In this document: positions 40,601 to 53,000 of the stretch, in pieces
Numbering within the stretch: position 1 is the first letter of the stretch
Layout of the letters: each line of letters begins with the position of its first letter
Source: Octopus bimaculoides
Taxonomy: Eukaryota
Assembly (NCBI RefSeq): GCF_001194135.2
Contig: NC_068988.1
Coordinates: 84,528,531-84,592,530, forward strand
DNA: 64,000 nucleotides
Direction of reading: 5' to 3'
Notes under the pieces: model-generated
Database searches by the model: none
What the model saw: only the letters and a program-made list of their open reading frames with translations
What the model was told of the DNA's origin: nothing
Position numbers and translations under genes: made by a program

Positions 40601-43600
40601 AAGTAAATAGGAACAGGATTGGTGCAAAATGAAACCAAAACATGAACCTATACTCAATTTGTGATGGTGTACTGATATATGCAGAGAGAGTAGTAATACC
40701 TGAAACATTGCAAAAGAAAATGTTCAGGAAATTTCATGTTGGACATCCTTGATACTAGCTACGTGTACTGGCCAAAAATGGATAGAGAAATCAAAAATTT
40801 AGCGAAAGGCTGTAGAGGATGTGCTCTAGCGGCAAAATTACCGATGATAAAAAGTGAACCTTGCCTATAAGTAGATGTTCCATTGTCGAGACTTCACATT
40901 GATTTTGCTGGTCCCTTAAACGGTTCACACTACTTAGTGGTGGTAGATAGTTTGTCTTAATGGCCAGAAATTTGTAAGTGTAAAAAAGCCAACCTCCTCA
41001 ACTGCATCAAACTTTTTACATGAGCTGTTTGCAAGATTTGGCATCCCAGACACGGTAGTGTCTGACAATGGAATGCAATTTGTGTTTTTTGAGTTAAAAA
41101 AGTTTTGTGAAACATTCGCTGTAGAACATGTAACTACTGCACAATAACACCCCAGATCTACTAGACAAGCAGAATTCTTTGCTGATATGTTCAAGAGAGC
41201 CTAAAGAAAGTTGAATAAAGAAGGCACAGATGAGGTAACTCTACAACAATTCCTTAGAGTATACTGTATGACATCAAATCCAAACACACCAGCAGGTATG
41301 TCACCAGTGGAGCTGATGTTTGCTGTTTGCGAGGAAAATAAAATCAGTCTTCAACAATTGCTGCCTGGCAAGAAAAGAAAAATTGCAATGGAAAATACAG
41401 CAAGATATTTCAAAATGGGTGAAAAGGTATTTGTTAAGGCATAAAAGAACAGAAAACAAAGTTGGGAAGATGACGTGAGTACCAAACGCATAGATAAAAT
41501 GCAATACTTGGTAAAAGGAAGAAAAGGGGTATACAAGAGACACATGAACCAGCTAAAAAAAAGATTTGTCGAGAGCAAATCCAAAAGATTGGAAGAACCA
41601 ATGGAATGGTTAAATGATACTTTTCAAGTACCAACACCTGTACAAATAATTGAACCCAGATGCACAAGCGTAAGAAAAAGAAAGTGTACAGCGTTCCTGT
41701 AAGTAGATGACAAATGCAAAAAATATTAAATGTGTAACTAGGAACAAAAGACCCTCAAAAAAGGGAGGTAGGTGATGTAGAAATTATTGCTATTAAATGA
41801 AATAAAAATACACTCCCTAAGAAAAAAGAGAACTTAAAAGAGGAGAGGTTATGGGGATAATAGTAATAATGGTGCACCCCATCCATGTGATGAGTGGTAT
41901 GTGCCAGGCATTATAAATAATCTGTCAGTGTCAATGTAGGCAGAGTACAAAATAGATGGTCAAAGATAGTCGTGGTCTTGTCTAACTACCTATACTGCTA
42001 TACCAGAGTGGATATTATAATAGTGCGACAGAGGATTACAACAATATATAACAAATTGCCCATCCTACTAATTGGCAAGCCATTACTCATTAGTACACTA
42101 TAACCACTGGCTCATTAGCATGCATGTCATCTTTCTGTTTCTCTTGTTATTGCAACAATGGTTTCTGATCCTCTACATTACCAAGCCATTTCGCAAGTCC
42201 ATCTGATGCATTCACTAAACCTATCATCAATCCAAACCTTTTGCAGAACTGAAACTCTTTAGATCTTTGTTATTAAGATTAGTGTATGACAGAATTGGTA
42301 GAACAATGTGAAAGACATAGTTTTTGGTTACGTCCCACTGTTCTTTGTTCAAATGCTATTGGGATTGACTTTGTCTTTCATCAATAAATAAAGTACCAGT
42401 TGAGTACTGGGTCAATATCAATAAATAATTGGAACACGAGTATAGTATTCATTGTAAATAACAGTATTCTAACGTCTACTTGTACTTAAGTTTTTGATAC
42501 ATTTGCTGGTGGAGGAGACCAGAAAGTTATAGCTGGAACACCTTTGATTAAAGATCTGCCGAATCAAGGCTGACCTGAAAAAAAAAACAAAAAAACAAAC
42601 ACAATTAGAAAACCACAATTAGGCTAATGGATAGAGAACTGGATGATCTACTAGTTGATTGTTGTAATAACCCACTAAATTCACTATAATTCAGACAGTG
42701 ATGGTTGATTTGTTTCAACTTCAGTATTTCTTATTGAAAAAGAATAGACTCCCTTTATAATGGAGGTAGGGATTGAATTCAGTATTACTTGATTATGTAA
42801 GTTGTTTAAAGTATGTTAGGGAAATTTTCCACCATTAACCATTTCATTTTAATGGTGTGTTATATGTCCCAAATTGGTGAGTTAGTTACATACAAATTGT
42901 CTTTTCATGTCATTTCTGGACTGTTTGTGAACACAATGTGCCAAGACCAAAATCACTAAAATATATTAAATTTCAACTCCATTGACTTTACCATTCTCAA
43001 AAGGATTTCAACATCATTAAGGATAATCCTTCTTCCTTAGACTAAATAATAAGAATGATGATAAAAGTTAATTTAATCACTTGCTGCTCTTCTCTTCTTC
43101 CCCTCTTTTGCTTCTGTCTCTTTCTTAATTTCAGTTTTGTCTTCTTTAATTTGTCCTTTTTACTAAATCACTTTGAAGTGTATATTGATAGTGTTGTAGT
43201 CGTAATGTATGCAGAGTTTTACTGTTGTGTATGGACAGTGTAGCAATAGCATACATGCAGAGTAAGGAAAAGAATGCTATTTTCATCATAAATAGATATT
43301 TTGGGGTTTATTTATTCTCACTTTATGTATATTGTAATTCATGTAATTTTCTTTTTGTTATTCCTTTCAACTCTAATATAATGAGTTGTAATCCACTAAA
43401 ATTATTTTTGATTTAGTTTAAACATTTCCTCATGTATTGTGTTATTCTTATTTCAGAAAATAAGTGTATGTATGACAGTCGTGGCATAACCTATACTGGT
43501 AGTGTTGCTAAATCCAAGACAGGCAAACCTTGTTTAAAATGGGAGGGCCAGCGTGGAGTGAGACCAGATATGTTCCCTGATGGAATTTATCCAGAAAACT

Positions 43601-46600
43601 ACTGTCGCAATATAAACATGTCTGCTGACTATGCTGCAAACCCTTGGTGTATGGTGGCATCATCTAAATATGAAGATTGTAATATTACATCTTGTGGTAA
43701 GCATTTTAGTCTTTTTTCTTTTACATCACTTTACAATACACACAAATATTTATTTATTTTTTTTCTTTGTAATGGTTTAGGCTGCTATTATGATGGAGTT
43801 TGTAAATGAAATCGTTTAAACATAAATCATTAAAAAAATAAAATAAATACTTTTGTTTCATATAATATGTAATGTGAGAAATGTGATGTGATTTAACATG
43901 GCATTAGATTCAGAGTACAAAACCATGCATCTGTTCTAAAAAAAAATATTCTATTTAAATATTGTGTGTGCAACTACATTTCCTTGGTTCACTTGTTAAT
44001 AAAACATCTGTATGTCCTTGCACAAAACTTTACCAGGAACAGCAATTATGTGCTTTGTTTGTTAGTCCCTCTTCCCACTCAAACAATTTACTAGATGTTA
44101 AAGGTTATATCCAGAATCTGATGGAACTGGTGACAGTTGAGATTAGCAACAATAAATCAAAAATGGAATTTCTGGAGTGGCAAATAATTTAACTGCAGTG
44201 AGAAGTAGAGTTCTTGCCCTTCAATAGTGAGTATAAGACAAAGTATTTATACAGCCAAACAACTCTTTTGTATTCTATTCTCTCTTGAAGGGCAACACCC
44301 TGGAATATTAGTGTCTCTCATCTAGTCAGATCTCTCTTACAATGTCCTACCATCTTAAAAATGGAAGACCTCATTGAACTATGTAGTTTTAAATATACAA
44401 AATGATAGATTGTCATGGCTAGAATTTTTGATCAGAAGTCTACTTGGTTAGAAGTGATTTGGGACTAAACAATAAGGACTACTAGTGTATAGCGTATGGT
44501 CATTCTAGTTATTAAATAGTATGCCACTATTGTGGAACAGGGAGTATTAGTCAGATTTGTGTACTTCTAGGACTGATCGCACAATAAACAGGCATGACTG
44601 TGTGCTTAAGAAATTTGTTGCCCAACCACATGGTTTTGGGTTCAGTTCTAATGCATTACACCTTAGGCAAGTGGATTTGGTTCATGGAAACTGAAAAAAG
44701 CTTGTTGTATGTACAGACATACAACTCCTCTGAGAGAGCAGTAACTCTGAATTTATAATAATAATGTGTTGCATTGGAAACTGTGAAAAGTGGGGGTTAG
44801 AGAGAGGCCAGACATTTTATGAACACAAACCACAGAGGGTGACTGTGTTGGAGACTTGCAAAATCCTGTGGGATTCCCAAGTCCAAATGGACCAGGTGTT
44901 TGAGCACAAGCCAGATATAGTGGTGGTGGACAAAGTAAGCCACATGCTTGATGTGTGCCCATTTGATCCATGGATATTTAGGAAGAGAGGTTAAAAATAG
45001 ATGTATTAAACCCTCTTAAGTATGAGGCAGCCCAACTGTGGAAGATGAAAAAGGTGAAGATAGTACCAATTATTGTTGGGGCCTTGAGGACAGTATCAAA
45101 AGGTATTGAGAGGAATATGAAGGAAATAGGAATAGGGTGCCCAGTAGAGCTGCTGCAAAAAATTTGCTTTCTTGGTACAGCCATCAGGAAAGTATTGTTG
45201 ACGAGAACAAATAGCATGGTATCATAGGCTGCAGGTTACAAGCCCATCACTCATTGAAGACTTCAGGAGTTCGAACAGAATCCGAGTTAAAAAGAAAAAC
45301 AATAGTTGCAAATTTTGGTGCAAAGCCAACACTTTTTGGGAGAAGTGTTAGTTGAGTACATTAACCCCAGTACTTTGTGTTTATGAAGTAAATTTCATAA
45401 GATAGTGATGCTTTTACACACGTACGCATGCACGTGGGCAGGTGGATTTCTTTTACTCTTTGTTTCATCTCTTGTATATAATTCCGTATACATGCATGCA
45501 TATGTATATAAATACAAAACTGTGGACTAAAAATTGAAAGAATATTTATTTATTGTTCCTTTTGCAGATTGTCCTGAATATTGGTTTGGAATTGGATGCA
45601 AATATGAGTGTCACTGTAAAAAAGATGACAAGTGTGATATAAATGGTGTCTGTAAGTCTGGTTGTGCTGCTGGCTGGACTGGGAACAACTGCCAAAAAAG
45701 TAAGTGGTACTTTCATTATATTATCTTTGTATCTTTTATTTATTTCAGTAATTTGACTGCAGCCATGCTGGGACACTGCCTTCAAAAGACTTATTTTTTT
45801 CACAAAGCCTAGTACTTACTTATTCTATTGACCTCTTTTGCCAAACTACTAAGTTATGGGGATGCAAACACACCAACACCAAGTTGTCAAGCAGTGGTGG
45901 GGGACAAACATAGACACAAATATATACATACATACATGCACATAAATGCAGAACAAGGTGGAAAAAATAGTACTCAAATACCTTAGGTAGAGTAATATGC
46001 TTTTATTAAAGCTGCAAAATCTTTACAAAACTGTTACTCAGTTTCATATTTCCGTTCAGACCTTGGTTGGCCCAAGGCTATTGTAGAAGACACTTGTCCA
46101 AAGTGCCACACAGTGGGACTGAACCTGGAACTATGTGACTGGGAAGTAAGCTTCTTATCACACAGCCATGCCTGTGTCTTATATATATAAACACACACAT
46201 GCACATATATGCAGGCCAAATTTGAGATCAACTGGTAAGGGGCAGTGGAGGAGTGAGAAAGCTGCTAAATTTAATAACCTAGTGAATGTACAATATTTTA
46301 TGCTTGTCACAGTTGTGGAAAGTGCTGGTGATGCTGACGTTCCTTTGTGACTTTATAATTGATTTCTCTATGCTTTCAAGAACTCTGGAATTAAAAAAAA
46401 TTTCTCTTACTAGAAAACGGGTAAAGATTGGCTACAGAAAGAACATTTGGTCATAAAAGCTTGCCTCAAATATCTCCTTCTTTAAACCCCACGTGAGCAT
46501 GGAGAAACAGACATCGAATGAATGAACATATTGTTTTGTTCTCCTAATGCAGTGATTAGTTTGTGGTTATATACCAAGTCACCATCTTTAAGTGTACAGT

Positions 46601-49600
46601 TGATTGTGTACACTCATACTTATTTTATCAATCCTGGAATGATGGAAGTCAGACAACTTTGGCAAAGAATGAGGCTCCAATAGTTAAGCTTGACCATGTA
46701 TCTGCACCTGTATGTATGTACAGAAGACTGGCAGAAGCCTGTACATGCATGTCTCCTTTCTTTATGCTATCGATGCTGTTCATGGGAATGGCTATTGCTT
46801 TATGGCCGATACAGTTTGGCACCAGTGTTATTGTAGGCAATGCCATCAAAATGCTCATACTCAGAACCACTGGTGTTGTAGGCAATGCCATCAAAATGGT
46901 ACATACTCAAAACAATTACTGCAAGCTATCTTACCTGATGGCTTTAACAGTTCTATAAATCCACTACTCTTGTATTGGTACATTTTTATTGATCTTTTAG
47001 GATGAAAAGCAAAATTGACTGCAGTTGAATTTGAACTCAGAGTGGTCAGAGTTGGACCACATGTCGCAACCTAGTCTGTCTAACACTTAAAAGACACTGC
47101 CAATTTATTGCCTTCATTTGTGCGGGTGGCACATAAAAGACACCATTTCGAGCGTGGCCGTTGCCAGTACCGCCTGACTGGCCTTCGTGCGGGTGACACG
47201 TAAAAGCACCCGCTACACTCTCTGAGCGGTTGGCGTTAGGAAGGGCATCCAGCTGTAGAAACTCTGCCACATTTAGATTGGAGCCTGGTGTTGCCATCCG
47301 GTTTCACCAGTCCTCAGTCAAATCGTCCAACCCATGCTAGCATGGAAAGCGGACGTTAAACGATGATGAACGAACCTCAGAAAGATTTGAACTAAACATA
47401 CATCCATGCCTTTTTTATACTCACATGCATATATTCTTTTATTTCGTTTAGTAGTTTTAGTTATTGGTCTGCTACCATGCTGCAGCTCTGCCTACTAAGA
47501 TAAAGCTGATAGCATTGACTTGGGCAAGATTTGAACTTAAAAGGCAAAGGGTCAGCAGGGCCAACAGTTTTTGAAGAGCCAGCAGTTTTTGAGGGGTTAG
47601 TCAATTACATTGACCCCAGTACTTGATTAGCACTTATTTTATTGACCCTGAAAGGATAAAAGGCAGTATTTGAGCTCACAACGTAAAGACTGGGGGAATG
47701 CTGCTGGGAATTTTATCTGGTGTGCTACCAGTTCTGCCAGCTCACCACCTTCAAAAGGTCACTGACAATAAGAAATAATAATAACAATACAAAACAAAGC
47801 GCTAACCTTATCCATGGCACACATAACTGCACTTGGATTTGCTCTAAAGGCATATGGTAAAAATGACATTACTAAACCAATAGTGAGTTTTTCATTGACC
47901 TCCTCTACCAGCCCATCCAAAAATAAAAGAAACATTGGAGAGATACACATTAAGTAATAGGGGTGAGCTTATTGCTAAAGATAAAGCCATAAATATCGTC
48001 ATCAACATCTAATGTCCATGTTCCATGCTGGCATGGGTTGGATGGTTTGACAGGATTTGATAGGTCCAAAGACTGCACCATACTCTAGTGTCTGTGTTGG
48101 CATGGTGTCTAAAGCTGGATACCCTTCCTAACAGCAATCACTTTACTGTGTGAACTGGGAGCTTTTTCATGCAACCAACACTCGTGTGGTCACCATGCAA
48201 CTTGCAAAACTACAAACCCCAAGAGAAGCAGTTTTATGCTAGATGCGAGGGTTAAAGTATGAGAGAAGGGACCAGAGCAGAAGAGGCTTCTTGTATGGGA
48301 GCTACATGACTAATCATACTTTAGAAGAGAGAGTGGGAGTGATCAAATGGAGCTGGAAAGAGATAAAAAAGAATTAGTGGTGATGAGGTGTGTGGATGAA
48401 CCTTCAAGGTGTGAGGTAAGTAAAAGTGAGTGGGGATAGAAACTCCCCATCCCATAATGTGAGTGGGTGGAGATTGGAAGAGAGTATAAAGGTGTGAAAG
48501 ATGGGGAATTAGTGAGGGGAACAAAGGCAAGTGACAGCTGTAAAGATTGGGTAGAGTTGAAGGGTGCATGTAATGAATGATTGGGGATGACCAATGCTAT
48601 GTGATTGGGAGAGGTAGATGATTGATAGGGCAGAAAAAATAGCAGTAACAATACCAAACAAAAAAGTAATATATGCTTATACACATTAATGTGTATATGC
48701 TTATACACATTAATAAGTGAGTGCAGTTACATGTATAGTTGATTCCATTTCTGCTGAATTGTGTATTTCTATTTTTGCAGGATGTAAGAGTGGAACATAT
48801 GGACACAGCTGTCACAGCTCTTGTGGCAAATGTAAAAATAACAGTTGCAACCCAGAAACTGGTATATGTGAACAACATTGTATAGCAGGTTACACAGGAA
48901 ATTATTGTACTAAACGTAAGTAAGAATGTGACTTGCTAAAGAAATATTTACTTGTTTGCATGATTGCTATGTGTACACACAGGTGTGTGTGTTATCATCA
49001 TCATCATTCAATGTCTGTCTTACGTGTTGGTATGGCTTAGATGGTTTGGCAGGATCTCATGAACTGCATTGACTCTGTTTTGGCATAGTTTCTATGGTTG
49101 GATGCCTTTCCTAATACCAACCACTATACAGGATATACTGGTTGCTTTTTTTCATGATACCAACACTAGTGACCCACAAGACAAAGTAGCTTGCAAGATA
49201 AAGGCCCTCTACTAAGTAGGGATGTAGTAGAGAGGGAAGTGGCATTATGCCAGTTACCGAGAGGAACAGGCACAGGTATCTTGCTGTTGAGGAGGTACAT
49301 ATCTGTGTCTGTGTGTGTTTAAGTTTTAATGGTGTTTAAAAAAAAGCTTCTACAATGTAAGTTTAGAAATAAAGTATAAACAGAAACAAAACAAAACAAG
49401 AACAATGATTTATGTTTTTCTTTCACTTTGTACTTCAATATTTTGGATTTAAAAATCCCTTGTCAAAAAAATGGGGAAAGAGCTACCTCTGTCTGCATAG
49501 ATCAAAATATCTAATCAGGTATTTTCCAAAAATTGAAATTGTGCAGGAAATACTGTGGCAGGTGCTGACTGGTGCATTTAAATCTGCCAATCAGTGTATG

Positions 49601-50046
49601 GGGGAAGGATTGGGTAGAGTGGATAGTGCAGGATTTGGGAAGCTGAACACAGCATGAGGGATTAGAGAAGAGTAAGCTGGGGTTACTCTTCTGAGTGGCA
49701 CTTACTCAAGACCAATTCACTTTGAGGAACAAAAACCATTATAATAGCTTTTTATAAACAGTCCAACATGAACTGAAAGATGACTGGCTTTATCAGATTC
49801 GAAACATTTTTAGTCTTATGTTGTTTATATTCTTGAGTTTAATTTGTGGGTGGAAGCCGAGTGAGTGCTATGTTGGTACTGTTTAATAGCAATGATTTTG
49901 TTTTATGAATAAAAGAAGGATGAATTGAGAAGTATTAAAAAACTCTTAATGTAGTATGCTTAAGCATGACTTTTGTACATAATTCTATGTACTGTTCATG
50001 CACCTTTGATGAGTTGTAGTGCACTTGAGTGCTATACACTATGATT

Positions 50047-50077
<31 letters not shown>

Positions 50078-53000
50078 GCATTCATGCACATACACATGTG
50101 CATGCTACCTTCTCCGTTTCATCTATCTTATTAACACCAGTTCTAATTTTAAAAGTTAAAACATAATATGTTGTATAATTCTGATATAAGTGATGAGTAC
50201 AAAAATAGTTGTAATAGTCATTTCATTTTCTATTTTTTTTAAACGCTACAAAAGTTCATTATTTACATTATTTACATTTGACGGATATTTGCCTTCATCT
50301 TGTTTGTTGTTAACCCAACTACAAAAGCTATTTGGGACAGCAAAGGTCTCAGGGAGAAAACTAGCAGAAGATCATACTGTGTTTTATAATTATGTATGTG
50401 CTATTAGTTGTTCTGCAATGTGTGTGTATCAACAAGGAGCCCAGCTGGGGATAACAGTTTCTTTACATATGACTGAGATGTGATGTAGTGGTGGTAACAA
50501 TAATGGTGTTTCTTATACTTGACAGGTAGTTGTTGTGGTAGTGGCAATAGGCTGACAGCCAAGTATTGTGTCAGTTGATGTGCCCTTCTTGAATGTTAGG
50601 CAGTAACTAGCTAACTGACTTTTGTCTATTTTTATAATAGTTGTTAGGTAAATGAGTCATGACTACGAGGGTCAAGTTGACATATTCAGTTCGGTAACTG
50701 AAACCAGGTAAAAAAAAACCCCCAAAAAAACAAAAAAGCAGTTGGGGTTGCTAGCCCATAGAAAATACAATTAAAACAAGTTAGTAACAGTGCCAAGATT
50801 TATGGTCTGAGAATCAACTTGGGGCTAAATTTCCTATTATACTACTTCCCTACAGAGTGTTGGTTGTAAAACAAATAATAGTAGTCTTAGCTGTATATCG
50901 AAAAGTTGGTGTGATGTAAGGCCAGTGTATATATTTTATGTACGTGGAGTGAGAATCTGAAAAATGTTTGAGCTCATATCATTAAATTGTGTGTATTTTT
51001 AAGTCAATTTTGCTGTGAAGTGCATTTATACAAGTAAATATGTGGATCTGAATATAGAAAAGTAGAAAGTCAAGTCAGCTATGTCACGCACTTTGTAAGA
51101 AAAACTGATATTGTTATTCTGTTGTAAAATTCCTGGCAATATGTGTATGTTGCTAGATTCCTGTGAAGGAAGTGGAAGGCCGAGTGGTTTTGGCAACATG
51201 ATCATATATAATTACTGTGTGTAAAGTATTGATGAATAGGTGGTCTCAGTAGTTTGGTTGGGATAAGCAATGAAGCAAGTTGAATAGCAATGGATGCAAA
51301 CTGTTTTTTACAGATATGGAGCAAGTTATTTTGGTGGTGTTCACTCTATTGCAAATATTTAGATAAGATCTTGTGGTCACTCACATTTACTGTGGAAAAT
51401 GACCTATAGGTATGCACTCTGGGTATCAACCACCTAGAAAGGTCAAAGGCATGCACTATCTCTCCTATCTCAGTTAAACTCTGTTTGTGATATGTGCATT
51501 CAGTAAACATAGTCATGGTTTTAATTGTTCAAAGCTATAGCTTCATTCCCTCTACTCTGAATTTATTTCTTGTAAAATTGATCAGGTTGATATTTTCTAT
51601 AATTCATAACAAGAAAGTATCATTAGCTCTGTTCTAAAGTAGTATGGGGGATATAGTAATATAAGAGAAAATATGGTTCTTTCGATCAAAGATTTCAGTG
51701 CTGTGAGAATCATGTATTGAAGTAGTCAGACTATATATGTGTATGTTTGTGTGTGTGTAAAAGTTGCTTACTGAAATCAATGCCATTTGTTACTTGCAGT
51801 TTCCTGATACAAATAAATTCATGCAGTTTGTCAAGCTGCCAATAAAAATAATTACTCTTTGGTATTGAGTACTGTTTCTTTAGTTTATTACTATTGTTAA
51901 CACACACATATTTATATATATTGATTTATCATCATCATCGTCATCAGTTTAACATCCAATTTTCCATGCTTGCGTGGGTCAAACAAAGTTTATTGTGTCA
52001 GATATTCTATGACCTGATGCCCTTCCTGTCATTAACTGTCACTTGTTTCCAAGAAAAGTAATATTTCCTCATGACCAGAGATATCTTCACAAAATGTTGG
52101 AAATGGATGACATTGCTTGTATGTCAGTGATACCCATTTTTCAACTATCATAGGGTTCTTTCAGTTTCCATCTCCCAAATCCACTCACTATAGTAAAAGA
52201 CACTTACTCAAAGTTCCATGCTGTGGGACTGAACCTGAAACCATGTGGTTGGGAAGGAAACTTCTTAATTACTCAGCCATGCCTGCTCTCAGCTACATTT
52301 GCACCCAGCCACATCTGCACCATGTATTCAGATTTATATCAAGAATAAATCATTGGATGATGTGGATTTGACCATAAATGCTTTAAACTAATCAGATGTC
52401 CCACAGAAATGCTGTGTGACTTCAAAACCAAGTTTTAGTTTTGAATACATATAAATATATCACTGCTATTATGCAAAAGTGTTGTTAAGTCCGAAATGTT
52501 GCTTTTTCAGAAAACGAAAAAATAGTTTCACCATTCCATAGCAAAACTGTTGTACTACACTTTGACAATTTTCATATCTTGGCATCTGAAGCAGCTGGAG
52601 ATATGAAAGTTTGACTAAAAGAACTAGCTATTGCAACCAAAAATAAATATTGAAAAAAAAAAAAAAAACGTATTTGGACATATGACAGTTTAACATAATA
52701 GCAATGATATACACGCATATATGTATTGAGTACACATTTTCTTTGTCTTTGTATATAAAAAGAAGCTCAGTTACCCACCCCTTGAACATATATATCTTTG
52801 TATAATTCTTTTTTTAATTTGTTTATTATTTTTTTATTTCAGAATGTCCAAATGGTCAATATGGCCGAAATTGTAATTTGAGATGTGGGAATTGTCGTTT
52901 AGATAATTCATGCAACAAGAAAACTGGCTACTGTAAATATGGGTGTAAACCAGGATTTATGGGTCCAACATGTAAAACAAGTATGTATTAGGAACTTATA

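Larger units (their letters stand above)
36864..42043 (+). mobile_element. Ty3/Gypsy LTR retrotransposon (Mag/K02A2.6-like), complete structure, heavily pseudogenised, in intron A-B
   Basis: LTRs 36864-37062 and 41847-42043; PBS-like tggtgatgag; PPT aaaagaggagag; flanks ATACA/ATATA; Gag KYEPDEGVT, zinc knuckle CFACGG, protease DIGSDMT, RT WAAPMVYVKK and FGVKVAPSIFQ, RNase H AERNYSQIEKEALA, integrase LHIDFAGP and VSDNG. Confidence 0.93.

Noticed and set aside
46563-47005. 131-aa hydrophobic ORF with a repeated GNAIKM motif
   Set aside because: The repeat comes from a 45-nt tandem duplication (46831 and 46876); no recognisable domain; it lies in intron C-D.
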